Source: a virus
IMG/VR virus record: IMGVR_UViG_3300017971_007886
Span: 28,967-92,966 of that record
Reading direction: 5' to 3' (one strand)
DNA length: 64,000 nt
The position numbers were made by a program, and so were the translations under genes. Shown here in pieces: positions 44,901 to 55,106 of this stretch. The notes under the pieces were generated by a model. That model made no database searches and was not told where the DNA came from. It saw only the letters and a program-made list of their open reading frames with translations. Within the stretch, counting starts at the first letter, position 1; each line of letters begins with the position of its first letter.

Positions 44901-47032
44901 GCAGTGCGTCTGAAAGAACATCACCTCTAGTGGACTACACTGCGACAGGCTGGCGAAGCCTGTTGGAGATGATGGAGCGGTACGCCCAGGAGCAGTATGG
45001 CGCGGGCGGTGAGGTAGCGTGGACAGACTTCAACCCAGGTAACCCAGGTGCCCTCCTGTTCGACATCATGGCCCAGGTGGGCGAGATGTCGATGTTCAAT
45101 TTGAACGCTGCCGCCCGCGAACAGGTGGTCTCGACACTGCTCAGAAAGAAGTCCTTCCTCAACCTGGCCAAGACCTATTCCTATGAGATGGGTGTTGCCG
45201 ATCAGGCATCTGTTGACATCACGATCACCTCAGACCCAGGCAAGATCCCGTACACCCTTCCCTCGACGTTCAAGATTTCAAACGGTGACGCAGAAGACCC
45301 TGTGATCTTCCAGCCAGACGGTGACGTGTCGATCACTTCCGCCTCACAGACTGCTCCCTTCATCGAGGGAGAGAGCATCCAGAACGAGGCGTTGGGTACC
45401 TCAGATGGTACTCAATTTCAGCGGGTCAAGCTGGCCTCCCGTCCAGTCATCCGGTCTACGCTCGTCATTACTGTCGAAGGTGTGGCGTGGTCTCTGTACG
45501 CCAACTACGCCGATATGCAGGAGACGACTCAGGGGTACCTACTGGAGGATGACGAGGACGGCTATACCTACGTGAAGTTCGGAGACGGTGTGAATGGCAA
45601 GGTACCGTCCACTGGCCAGTCTCTTGTGGCGAACTACAAGATCGGAGGGGGCTCCCGAGGTAAGGTAGGTGCCAATGCTCTGAAGACCATCGTTACGCCC
45701 ATTGATGGTGTCCTCTCGGTGGTCAACAACTCGGCTTCCGGTGGTGGGAACAACGCCCAGACCGTGGCCGAGGGACAGAAGCATCTGCCTGCCTCGATTG
45801 CCTCCATGGGTAGAGCGGTTGCAGAGGGCGACTATGCGGCCCAGGCCCTCAATGTGGCGGGCGTGGCCAAGGCGATTGAGATCGCCGGTAGCGCGGCCAC
45901 CAAAGAGGTGCTTCTCCCCATCGCCCCAAGCGGTGGTGGGACGCCAAGCTCTGTCCTCAAGAATCAAGTGGTTCGGTACTTCCGAACGGTGCGGCCCGTG
46001 ACGTTCAAGGTCGTTCCATTGGACCCGAACTACTCGACCCTCAAGCTGTCGGTGGACCTCTTCATCAAAGACAACTACAGGCAACCCTTGGTACTCAGCC
46101 GGGTCAAGAACAAGATTCTGACTCTGCTGTCCTTTGACAACTTGGACTTCGGTGGGAAGATCCGTTTGCAGGCCCTCTACCCCGAGTTGCGTTCCGACCA
46201 GTACGGCCTTGAGGGTGTGGACTACGTGGTTATCACGGAACTCACTACCATCCCGGCAGTCAATGTGGCCTATGGCCAGTCAAACTCTGGGAATGGTGGG
46301 GTCGAGCAGTTGGAGTACACGAATCTCAGACAGCGACGTACTTGGCTCATTGAGGTGGACCAGACCTCTCCGTACACCAGAGCCGTTGTGACCCAACGAA
46401 TCAGTGGCTACTCATCTGCGATTGCCGAAAAGACTCTAACGGATGAGACGGCAAACTGGACACCCAACGAACACGTTGGGAAGACCCTCAATCCGAACTC
46501 GTCGCAGACCACTACGTTCACGATCACCTCCAACACAAACAACTCGCTGACCATCACCACTGGAAACCTCCAGTCGGTGGCAATCGTTGAAGACGAGTAC
46601 ACCATCGACGAGGCAGATCCAACCTACGCCAAGGTTATCCACGCCGAGGTCGATGCGGCAAGTGCCTCCGGTCAGAAGGTACTGAACGTGGACACAACGG
46701 ACGATTTCACGTCTGGGGACAAGGTGCTTATTCGTGAAGGTCTCGTCAGTGAGGTGGCCGAAATCGACACCATTCAGGCAGGTGTTAGCCTGACGATGGT
46801 GGCCAACCTACAGAACTCATACACGGCAGGGGCGACCGTAGACACCCACTGGACTTCAACGGACGGTACTACCAGCTTTGCCCTTGTCGATGGATCGACC
46901 CCATTTGTGATCGGGGACAAGTTCTATTACGACCTGTATGCACTACTCGGGGATGTGGTGGCGCGTCCCGAGGAGTTGCCAATCATGTTGGAGGAGAACC
47001 TGGCTATCCGAACCGTTGGCGGTCTTTCGTAA
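44897..47032 (+). CDS. baseplate J-like wedge protein
   Basis: VDYTA, WTDFNPGNPG, LGTSDGT, VKFGDGVNGKVP, RAVAEGDY. Confidence 0.92.
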   Translation: MSSASERTSPLVDYTATGWRSLLEMMERYAQEQYGAGGEVAWTDFNPGNPGALLFDIMAQVGEMSMFNLNAAAREQVVSTLLRKKSFLNLAKTYSYEMGVADQASVDITITSDPGKIPYTLPSTFKISNGDAEDPVIFQPDGDVSITSASQTAPFIEGESIQNEALGTSDGTQFQRVKLASRPVIRSTLVITVEGVAWSLYANYADMQETTQGYLLEDDEDGYTYVKFGDGVNGKVPSTGQSLVANYKIGGGSRGKVGANALKTIVTPIDGVLSVVNNSASGGGNNAQTVAEGQKHLPASIASMGRAVAEGDYAAQALNVAGVAKAIEIAGSAATKEVLLPIAPSGGGTPSSVLKNQVVRYFRTVRPVTFKVVPLDPNYSTLKLSVDLFIKDNYRQPLVLSRVKNKILTLLSFDNLDFGGKIRLQALYPELRSDQYGLEGVDYVVITELTTIPAVNVAYGQSNSGNGGVEQLEYTNLRQRRTWLIEVDQTSPYTRAVVTQRISGYSSAIAEKTLTDETANWTPNEHVGKTLNPNSSQTTTFTITSNTNNSLTITTGNLQSVAIVEDEYTIDEADPTYAKVIHAEVDAASASGQKVLNVDTTDDFTSGDKVLIREGLVSEVAEIDTIQAGVSLTMVANLQNSYTAGATVDTHWTSTDGTTSFALVDGSTPFVIGDKFYYDLYALLGDVVARPEELPIMLEENLAIRTVGGLS

Positions 47033-47041
47033 GGAACTATT

Positions 47042-49168
47042 ATGGCAGGTACGAACGTAGTCAGTGCGGTACCCCAGGATAATGTGACCATCCGTGTCAC
47101 GTTTTCTGCGGACATGCTGAATGATGCCAACCTCATTACTCCTGCGCACTACACGTTCAACGGTGGCCTGGTTGCCGAGGGCGTCATTCGAGTTGACGCT
47201 ACCCACGTTGACATCCAAACGTCGCCCCAGGTCGGTAGCAAGATTTACCTACTGACCGTCAACCAGATCATTCGTGATCTCGTTGGCGATCCTCTTGAGG
47301 GGAACACGGCTACCTTCACAGGTATCACCACTCCCGCTGCCTTTGTTGTCCAGAACCTTGTTGCTCGAACCTTCCCTTCTGGGAATCGTATCGATCTGGA
47401 GTGGTTGAATCCCAGCGGTGCCCTCTACACGCGAATCATGCGCAAGACGCGAGGGTTCCCCTACGATGAGAGCGATGGCATCGAGGTTTACGATGGAGCC
47501 GTGCTCACTGAGTATTCGGACACGGGCCTACAGGACAACCAGTTCTATTACTACGCTGTCTTCTGTTCGGAGGACGGTGTTACATGGGAGGTCAACGAGG
47601 CAAGCCTCATCGAGGGGTTGTCCATTCGCCAGATCAATAGCAAAGACTGGATCTGGAAGAACGTCATTCCTCGGTGGGAGAAGAAGAGGCAAACCACTGT
47701 GGTAGAGGGGGCCTTGCTTGAGGCCGTTGTGGATGTACTCGGAGCGGGTCTCGATCTCATCCGTGGGGAGCTTGAAGCCTACGACATGGCGGGAGACCTC
47801 GACAGAGCCCCTATCGGTCTGCTTGAGGAGTGGAACCGGAGCCTAGGGTTCGAGCCCGAGACCGTGTTTGACCATGCCGCACTTCGACGGATGCCCCTTC
47901 ACCTGATCGAAATCTACAAGAACAAGGGAACCATCCCCTCGATTGAGCAGTTGGTGAACGTACTCGTCCAGTGGGAGATCACCGGCATCATCGAGTTCGG
48001 TGGTGAAGAGGGTACCCTGTTCAAGACGTGGGACGGGCTGTCCACGAAGGACTACGGCCTCGATACGTCGGCAGTCATCGCCGCCACTCGTGGTGACGTG
48101 ACTCACACGGGGAAGACCTGGACGCCAAGTGAGTGGGCAGACGGGTTCATTCGAGACGGTATTGGCGATCTCATCAACGTGCTCGACAATGACGCCGACT
48201 CCCTCACCTTGGAACCTCAGACCGACCCCATCACCTCTGTCCGAAACACGAGTCCGAGCGGGCAGAAGGTACTCTATGTCAACTCCACTGCTGGAGCCGA
48301 GCCCTTTGACTACCTGCTCATCTCTGAAGGGTCCAATCATCAAGTCGCTTCCGTGAAGTCCGTGGTACCGAACCAGTCGATCACGTTCCAAGAGAACCTG
48401 AAGTACACGTTCACCACTGCTGCCAAGGTGTACCCCGGTACCGACCTCATCCGTGCAGAAGTGTTGGGTACGGGTTCGGCCATTGCCAACGGACTGTCAG
48501 ACACCTCGAAGCTGTGGGTGACGAACCAGTGGAAGGGGTTCTACTTACTCGACTCCGCGAACACCAAATGGCTCATCACCTCCAATACCGTGAACCAGGT
48601 GTTCGTCAGCGGTGGTAGTCCTGCGGCAGGTAGTTACGCCATCTCCAGGGACTTCACTCTTGGTGGTTCCTTTGCCGCACGTCAGCCGAAGTACCGGTAT
48701 GACGTGTACGTTGGGGCACACTACTTCTTGTACGAGCCCACCATCAGCCCCGCCTACATTGGCACTGTCGAAGACCCGTTCGACCGCCTGTACGCGGGCA
48801 TATCTGGCCTAGGGGCCGGGTTCACGAACGACGACTATGCAATCTTCATCAAGGCGGGGGTCGCCCTGTTCAAGGGGCGGGTCAGTGGTGTGTCGCTGAA
48901 CACGATCACGGACTCTACCGCCACGTTCACTCCTGGGGCTCTGGCCGGTTTGTTCATCAACCCGAGCCGGAAGCAACGTCGGATGTTCGAGATTGTTGAC
49001 AATACAGCGACAGAGATTCAGTTGAACCAGAGCGTCGAGGGAATCGTGGCAGTAGACGATTACTACTTTGTCCTGACCGAGAGGGACATGCTACGGTACC
49101 TCAGACTCAATGCGGTTTTGCCCAAGTTCCATTCCCGCTTCACTCGCGGGTATGTGTTCTTCGAGTAA
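47042..49168 (+). CDS. baseplate/tail protein (P2 gpI-like core) with Ig/Fn3 domains
   Basis: IYKNKGTIPSIE core; YSDTGLQDNQFYYYAVF (Fn3); follows baseplate J. Confidence 0.75.
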   Translation: MAGTNVVSAVPQDNVTIRVTFSADMLNDANLITPAHYTFNGGLVAEGVIRVDATHVDIQTSPQVGSKIYLLTVNQIIRDLVGDPLEGNTATFTGITTPAAFVVQNLVARTFPSGNRIDLEWLNPSGALYTRIMRKTRGFPYDESDGIEVYDGAVLTEYSDTGLQDNQFYYYAVFCSEDGVTWEVNEASLIEGLSIRQINSKDWIWKNVIPRWEKKRQTTVVEGALLEAVVDVLGAGLDLIRGELEAYDMAGDLDRAPIGLLEEWNRSLGFEPETVFDHAALRRMPLHLIEIYKNKGTIPSIEQLVNVLVQWEITGIIEFGGEEGTLFKTWDGLSTKDYGLDTSAVIAATRGDVTHTGKTWTPSEWADGFIRDGIGDLINVLDNDADSLTLEPQTDPITSVRNTSPSGQKVLYVNSTAGAEPFDYLLISEGSNHQVASVKSVVPNQSITFQENLKYTFTTAAKVYPGTDLIRAEVLGTGSAIANGLSDTSKLWVTNQWKGFYLLDSANTKWLITSNTVNQVFVSGGSPAAGSYAISRDFTLGGSFAARQPKYRYDVYVGAHYFLYEPTISPAYIGTVEDPFDRLYAGISGLGAGFTNDDYAIFIKAGVALFKGRVSGVSLNTITDSTATFTPGALAGLFINPSRKQRRMFEIVDNTATEIQLNQSVEGIVAVDDYYFVLTERDMLRYLRLNAVLPKFHSRFTRGYVFFE

Positions 49169-49180
49169 GGGAGAGTCCAA

Positions 49181-52100
49181 ATGGCAGACTATATCAAGGA
49201 CAGTTTCGTAGAGAGCAACCGATTCTCCAAGGTACTCTTCCAGCGTGCCAAGGATGTCATCGACTTTGAGCTGAACGAACTTCAAGACGACATCCGTGTG
49301 AAGATGTATCGCTCGATCATGGGCGTGGGCGGCCACGGAAGCCCGGACAATGGGTGCTTTATCGAGGCCACCGGAGCGGCCAACCAGGTCAACATCAAGG
49401 CGGGCAACTTCGACATCCACGGTGTCCAGTTGGTGTTCCCCTCTGACACCGTGTTCAGCTCCCTGACGACCAACCCCGGTCCTGGTAGTCGAACTGACAT
49501 CATCTACATGAGCTTGACTGAGACCGAGGTTCCAGACCCGGAACAGGTCACCGAGCTTGGCGAGACCACTCGCCGTCGTCAGATCGTCGTAGCCTTTGGT
49601 GTGGCCGAGGGCGTGGCGATTCCTACCGACAGCGCCACAGGCATCTGGGAGGGTGGTACCAAGTACGTGGCCTTGGCCGAGATCACACGGGCTGCTGGTG
49701 TGGCCGCCATCACTCAGGCCAACTGTGCCGACGTTCGTGGCAGACTACCTCGTGCCGCCCAGGATATGTTCACCGAGAAGGACCAGTCCACTACCGCGAA
49801 GCGGTCCAAAGTCATCGTGCAGGCGCTTGACGCGGAGACGGCCTCGAATCCCCAACTTGGTGTGCGGCAGGAGGGCGGTTCCCTCGCGTTCTACGTTGAC
49901 CGAGAGGGCAACATCGTGGCCAGTGGCGACTTGAACTTCAGCGGGCAGGTCCAGAACTCCATTGTACCCGACACCACCAACGCCCACGACCTGGGGTCTT
50001 CTGGCAACCGATTCCGAAACCTCTACATCTCAGGGGACATCTTTGTTGGTGACTCCGAGTTCGACATGCACACCATCAAGGGTGACTTCCAGGTGCAGGA
50101 CAATGCTTCTCAACCGGCGTTGGACGTTGATGGGAGCACTGGCTCTGTCGGTATTGGTGGGGCATATGAGTCTGGTCAAGACCTTGTTGTGCATGGCTAC
50201 TCCAAGTTCAAAGACCGAATCTGGATGGAAGATGATGTTGCTGTCATCCGGTACCTGCGTGAAACACCTATAGCGGTTACCGCTGGTGGTCTGTGGAGAG
50301 AGGTGCTGGACGGTGGTGACTGGCGTATGGATGAGAATACGGCAGCCGGTAGTGACTTCTCCACCAGGCTCCAATGGATGTCTACAGATCGGGCGAACAG
50401 TCACATGAAGTTTGGGACAACCATTGTCCCCGAAACCGACGACAGCCTCGACCTCGGTGTATCTGGTGCGCAGTGGCGTGACCTCTACCTCGATGGCACT
50501 GCCTACATCGACACCTTGTCGTTGAGCACGACCGCAGGCGAAGGTGTGGCGACAGATTTGGTACCTACTGTGGACGAAGGTTCCAACCTTGGAAGCTCTG
50601 CGTACCGGTGGAACTCGCTCTACGTTGGTAGTGGGTCCATCCACATGGGCGACGGGGTAGTCAACGACGTGCTCCTCCACTTCTCCTCTGGGAATCCCCA
50701 GCTCGTCATGGATTCGACGGACTGGTTCCAGTACAACCGAACCAGCAACCTCTTCTCCTGGGCGATTGCGAATGTTGAGTACGCATCGCTTGACGCCAGT
50801 GAGTTCACGGTCAAGGGGAACATCCTCCCGTGGTCTGATGACACCTATGACCTCGGGTCTCCTTCGCAACAGTTCGCCAACATCTACGCACAGAACATCG
50901 CGTTCTCTGGCGACCTCACTCCTGAGTTCGATACTACGCAGGATCTTGGTTCTGGTTCTCTGCGGTGGTTGGAAGGCCACATTCGTCAGCTCTTCCAGGT
51001 TGAGAAGATCGACGGCCCGAACTCCACCATGGCGTGGGGAGCAGGTTCGATCATTCCCGACGTGAACAACTCTTGGGACATTGGGTCCAGTGCTTACGCC
51101 TGGAAGACGGGGTACTTTGGTACCGATGTCAATATCAGGCGGCAAGACTCTTCCAACGCCCCATTCCTCACCTTGGCCCGCTCCCGCGCTGGTGACACGG
51201 CGGTACAGACGGACGACGTTCTCGGGTACACGTTCTACAGTGGCAAGGGTACTACTGCCTACAAGTATGGTGCCTACATCCTTGGCAAGGCCAAGGAGAA
51301 CTGGTCTGATGCCGCCAACGGTGCCGAGCTTCGCCTTGTCACAACTGCGATTGGCGGGGCTGTCCAGGCGGCGGGTCTTGTGGTTCATGACTCCCAGTCA
51401 GTGTCGATCATCAAGGGGCTACGCATCGGTGCCGAGGACGGTACTGTACCCGCCGACCGTATCGTGTTCGACAATGGTTTTTACCTCGAAGCGAATTGGG
51501 GTGCCGGTAATGACAATTTGATCAACTGGGATGCCAATGACTATATGTGGTATGACCGGTCGGCTGACTACCTCTACATGGTGGTCGCCTCGGACAACAC
51601 CATTCGATTTGGTGCCAGTGAGATTCGCATTTACGAAGACCTGGTACCTGATTCGACCTCGTACACCATCGGTACTTCCAGCAACCGGTTCAACTACGGG
51701 TACTTCAACTACGCCAACGTCTACACGCAGATGAATCTGAGTGGTGGGAAGATCAACTGGACGCCTATAGCTGCTCCAACTGGCTCTGATGGTCTCATGT
51801 ATGTGGAGTCAACCACCCGCAGGTTGAGGATCTACAACAGCAACACGTCTCGATACGAGGCCGCCTCTACGAAGGTGTGTACCTCCACTGACTACAACAA
51901 CAGGACTTCGACGGGGGCGTACACTTCTCAACAGCAAACGGTCAAAGGCGGTACGTTCGCTCTCTACGATAGCGTCCGTCTTCATGCCCACTTCGATTTG
52001 TCCAGCTATTCATCGTCGGGAGGAAACATCACCGTGCAGTTGCGGTGGGCGGGAAATGTCCTGGCCCAAGTGTCCTTCCCCAATGCGTACAGTGGATTCC

Positions 52101-52330
52101 AGGTGTGGCTGGACGCGGTTGGTACGTTCTACGACGTGGACACGTCGGCATACCTCAGTGTTCATGGAAAGGGATACTGGCGAGACTCCGACGTTACAAC
52201 CACTACGGCAGTCTTGTATCGGGGAGGTGCCTACGTCAACATGACGGTGGACCAGATTGTGGACTGTTACATCACAGTGCAGGGGTCTGGAAATTATTAC
52301 CTGAGAGACCTGACTGTGTACGCCGGTTAG
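49181..52330 (+). CDS. long tail fibre / receptor-binding protein
   Basis: N-terminal KVLFQ..DFELNELQD baseplate anchor; seven I.P.......LGS....W..LY-type repeats. Confidence 0.85.
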   Translation: MADYIKDSFVESNRFSKVLFQRAKDVIDFELNELQDDIRVKMYRSIMGVGGHGSPDNGCFIEATGAANQVNIKAGNFDIHGVQLVFPSDTVFSSLTTNPGPGSRTDIIYMSLTETEVPDPEQVTELGETTRRRQIVVAFGVAEGVAIPTDSATGIWEGGTKYVALAEITRAAGVAAITQANCADVRGRLPRAAQDMFTEKDQSTTAKRSKVIVQALDAETASNPQLGVRQEGGSLAFYVDREGNIVASGDLNFSGQVQNSIVPDTTNAHDLGSSGNRFRNLYISGDIFVGDSEFDMHTIKGDFQVQDNASQPALDVDGSTGSVGIGGAYESGQDLVVHGYSKFKDRIWMEDDVAVIRYLRETPIAVTAGGLWREVLDGGDWRMDENTAAGSDFSTRLQWMSTDRANSHMKFGTTIVPETDDSLDLGVSGAQWRDLYLDGTAYIDTLSLSTTAGEGVATDLVPTVDEGSNLGSSAYRWNSLYVGSGSIHMGDGVVNDVLLHFSSGNPQLVMDSTDWFQYNRTSNLFSWAIANVEYASLDASEFTVKGNILPWSDDTYDLGSPSQQFANIYAQNIAFSGDLTPEFDTTQDLGSGSLRWLEGHIRQLFQVEKIDGPNSTMAWGAGSIIPDVNNSWDIGSSAYAWKTGYFGTDVNIRRQDSSNAPFLTLARSRAGDTAVQTDDVLGYTFYSGKGTTAYKYGAYILGKAKENWSDAANGAELRLVTTAIGGAVQAAGLVVHDSQSVSIIKGLRIGAEDGTVPADRIVFDNGFYLEANWGAGNDNLINWDANDYMWYDRSADYLYMVVASDNTIRFGASEIRIYEDLVPDSTSYTIGTSSNRFNYGYFNYANVYTQMNLSGGKINWTPIAAPTGSDGLMYVESTTRRLRIYNSNTSRYEAASTKVCTSTDYNNRTSTGAYTSQQQTVKGGTFALYDSVRLHAHFDLSSYSSSGGNITVQLRWAGNVLAQVSFPNAYSGFQVWLDAVGTFYDVDTSAYLSVHGKGYWRDSDVTTTTAVLYRGGAYVNMTVDQIVDCYITVQGSGNYYLRDLTVYAG

Positions 52331-52371
52331 TGGTATGCAGTCCTAAACCAAAGCCCTAGAAGGAGTCAGAA

Positions 52372-52911
52372 ATGCAGAAGAAGGAATTGCCACAACACAT
52401 TGCCAACAAGGTTCTCAACGAGCTGGTCAACTCGGAGCCCCATGAGTTGGACGAGTTGGAGAAGAAGCTGTTGGGAGAGAACTCTGGGTTCTCCCAGCGA
52501 ATCTCCAATCTGGATTCTCAGATCAAGCATCACCAGAATCAGATCGAACAACTCACCGTGGCCAAACACAAGCTCGAAGGGAAGGCCGAGTACGTGATGA
52601 CGATGGCCGTCGAGCACCGTTGGGAGCGTACCAGTAACGTGGATGCGCCTGACGACCCCAGCCTTGGGGCGGGACCGCTGCCCGGAGAACGCCGAGTAGG
52701 TGTTCCTACCAAGGATGGGGAGGTGCAGCCTGATGGCGCTATGAAAAGTAAACGGCCTGCCAGTGACGGAGTGCCCAGCGGACATCGTGATCAAGCGGAC
52801 AAAGGGCGAATCGAACCAGCCATCGCCAGAGACCAGGAGCGAACGACGGCTGAAACGAAAGCTCCTCAACAAGGCCAAGAAGAAGCAGGCCAGGAAAGCG
52901 CGGTAGCCTGA
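52372..52911 (+). CDS. coiled-coil hypothetical protein
   Basis: AAGGAG RBS; TGATG coupling to lysin. Confidence 0.65.
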   Translation: MQKKELPQHIANKVLNELVNSEPHELDELEKKLLGENSGFSQRISNLDSQIKHHQNQIEQLTVAKHKLEGKAEYVMTMAVEHRWERTSNVDAPDDPSLGAGPLPGERRVGVPTKDGEVQPDGAMKSKRPASDGVPSGHRDQADKGRIEPAIARDQERTTAETKAPQQGQEEAGQESAVA

Positions 52912-53507
52912 TGTTCTATCCGCCAACCGCCCCGGAGCTGAAGGCCGTGATGCGCCAGAAGGGGTACACGGTCTTTGGTGGCGGCCAGCAACCCTACGAT
53001 CTGAACCTCTTTGGGGTTCGGACGAAGGACATGCAGGCCAACACCTTCAATGACTGGATCGGCGTCATGTACTTGCTCGAAGGAGTGTGGTCCATGTTCG
53101 CCTTCCCAGGTACGACGGACCCAGGGACGTACTGGCGGAAGCATCCCATGAACGTGGCGGGTACTGCCCTGTTGAAACCGGGGCAGTACCGTGGTGCGTT
53201 CAAGGTCGGCGTTCACAAGGACTACTCAGCGTTGCAGCAGAACAGCGAGTTGCCGGTCTACCGCGACGCTGACCGTGATGATGTGTTGTTCACCGACGAA
53301 CACAGTGTCCAGAAGGGCATGTTCGGGATCAACCTTCATCGAGCCTCTGCGACTCACCCGAGTCTCAAGGTGGACAAGTGGTCGGCAGGATGCCAGGTAC
53401 TTCAAGACCCGATGCACTTCGCGTTTCTCATGGCGTTGTGCAAGCGGGCGGCGAACATCTGGGGGAACTCGTTCACGTACACTCTGCTGACTGAAAGTGA
53501 CTTTTGA
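52911..53507 (+). CDS. putative endolysin, L,D-peptidase (YkuD-like) type
   Basis: LNLFGVR, TTDPG, GINLHRA...WSAGCQV His/Cys motif; followed by membrane proteins. Confidence 0.7.
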   Translation: MFYPPTAPELKAVMRQKGYTVFGGGQQPYDLNLFGVRTKDMQANTFNDWIGVMYLLEGVWSMFAFPGTTDPGTYWRKHPMNVAGTALLKPGQYRGAFKVGVHKDYSALQQNSELPVYRDADRDDVLFTDEHSVQKGMFGINLHRASATHPSLKVDKWSAGCQVLQDPMHFAFLMALCKRAANIWGNSFTYTLLTESDF

Positions 53508-53520
53508 AAGGAGAAAGACC

Positions 53521-54075
53521 ATGAAACGGTTTCTACTCGTAGCAATTCTGATCGGCGGTGTCCTGGTCCCTACCAGTGCCTTTTCCCAAGATCCTGCCCC
53601 TCCAGCAGAGGCAGTGACCGAGACGGCCCAACCAGCCGCCCCGGCCCCGGCAGAGGCGGTGAAACCAGCCCCAGAGCCTTCCAAGGAGGCTGTGGCGGCC
53701 CTGGAGGATGGACAGGTTACGCCCGAGGAGGTACCTGGTACCATCGCTATCTTGGTGAAGGCGATCAAGGACAAGAACTGGAAGGTACTCGTCAGCACCA
53801 TCCTCATGTTGATCATCTTCTTCGCCAATACGTTCCTGCTCAAGTTCCTGAGTGCGGACGCAAAGAAGAACGCCATCCCGTGGATCACCGTGGGTACTGC
53901 CACACTGCTCTTGTTCGCGGGTACCCTCGCGGCGGGAGGTAGTTGGTGGGACGCCCTCAACGATGGCTTCATTACCGGTGCGGCGGCCTCTGGTCTGTGG
54001 TCCCTAGTTGGGAAGCACGTACTGAAGAGGTTCACGGCCAAGGCCGAAGAGAAGCCGAAACCTGCCGAGGGCTGA
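53521..54075 (+). CDS. membrane protein with signal peptide (holin-like)
   Basis: Signal peptide, Pro/Ala linker, three TM segments ending GAAASGLWS. Confidence 0.6.
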   Translation: MKRFLLVAILIGGVLVPTSAFSQDPAPPAEAVTETAQPAAPAPAEAVKPAPEPSKEAVAALEDGQVTPEEVPGTIAILVKAIKDKNWKVLVSTILMLIIFFANTFLLKFLSADAKKNAIPWITVGTATLLLFAGTLAAGGSWWDALNDGFITGAAASGLWSLVGKHVLKRFTAKAEEKPKPAEG

Positions 54076-54076
54076 C

Positions 54077-54379
54077 ATGGACGCCTCTGGGTGGGTCATT
54101 CTGGGCCTCTGCGTTGGCTGGGGCCTCACCGCCTTGGGTCTCGCCATGTGGGTCAAAGCCCGTGGCGAGGCCCTGGACAAGGCCGCTCAGTCTCTCTGTA
54201 AGAAGGACCGAGCAATCGAGAACCTACAACGCCGCCTCAAGGAGATGGCCGAGCAACGTAGGTTGGAGGGACTGAGTGATGCGGACGCTCTCGCTGACTT
54301 TAACTCTCGTGATGATCCTGACCATGCCCACGGTGGCGATGGCCAAGGGGATCATCCTGTTGAAGGGGACAAAGATTGA
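54077..54379 (+). CDS. putative i-spanin-like protein
   Basis: N-terminal TM plus coiled coil, after lysin/holin. Confidence 0.5.
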   Translation: MDASGWVILGLCVGWGLTALGLAMWVKARGEALDKAAQSLCKKDRAIENLQRRLKEMAEQRRLEGLSDADALADFNSRDDPDHAHGGDGQGDHPVEGDKD

Positions 54380-54674
54380 GGGCAAGACCCTCGACGATCA
54401 GAAGGAGGAAACGGTTCTCCAGCTAGAGCTGGACGCGACCCGGTTCCTGATCGAACGGGATGACATCGACCACTACAACCTCGTCGAGAAGAAGCTCCTC
54501 AACTGCGAGGGCGACCTCTCGAAGTGTCAGACGACGGCGTGCGAGTGCAAGCCGGTGGAGAAGCCAGGGTTCCTCGATTCAATCGGACTCCCAGGCATCG
54601 TCACAGGGGTTGTTGTCCTTGCGGCGGCGTTGTTTGTCGGCGGTGTGGTGGTTGGGGCCAAAGCAGTCAAGTAG
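54276..54674 (+). CDS. secreted/membrane protein overlapping upstream gene (spanin-like)
   Basis: Signal peptide, Cys-containing coiled coil, C-terminal TM; 104-nt overlap. Confidence 0.5.
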   Translation: MMRTLSLTLTLVMILTMPTVAMAKGIILLKGTKIEGKTLDDQKEETVLQLELDATRFLIERDDIDHYNLVEKKLLNCEGDLSKCQTTACECKPVEKPGFLDSIGLPGIVTGVVVLAAALFVGGVVVGAKAVK

Positions 54675-54680
54675 AGAGTC

Positions 54681-55106
54681 ATGCGCCTACGGAACCTCGT
54701 CTCAGCCTCCGACCTGGCAATCGTCCAGAACCCGAAGTCGTTCGAGGCTGATTGTCTTGGTACGGATGTCGTAGGGGATTTCGTCTACGTCACTGGCGAT
54801 GTGATCGCCACTCGGAAGCAAGTCACCAAGGCCGACATCTCCGACTTTGGCAAGATGCCAGCGGTCGGAATGATCGTCCACAAACCAACTGCGACCACTT
54901 GCACGGTCCAATGGATCGGTGAAGTGGGAGGGGTGTATAATAGTCTGGTGCCGAACCGTGTGTACTACCTTGGAGCAGATGCAAGATTGACCTTGACGCC
55001 CCCAGCGTCGGGAAGTTCGTTGTACGTTCAGAGGGTTGGCATGGCGGTCGGTGCGAGTATAGTGTTGCTGGTACCCAATTTTGCCCTAACCAAGAGGAGC
55101 GCATAA
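54681..55106 (+). CDS. small structural protein (capsid-cement-like beta fold)
   Basis: VGDFVYV..KAD..PAVG..L.P.RVYYLG..G/A.LT..P..VQRVG. Confidence 0.6.
   Translation: MRLRNLVSASDLAIVQNPKSFEADCLGTDVVGDFVYVTGDVIATRKQVTKADISDFGKMPAVGMIVHKPTATTCTVQWIGEVGGVYNSLVPNRVYYLGADARLTLTPPASGSSLYVQRVGMAVGASIVLLVPNFALTKRSA

Noticed and set aside
30437-49168. Extracellular contractile injection system or tailocin
   Set aside because: Terminase, portal, scaffold, MCP and tape measure are present, so this is a phage tail.
40694-52330. Diversity-generating retroelement target in the fibres
   Set aside because: No reverse transcriptase and no TR/VR nucleotide repeat pair noticed in the window.
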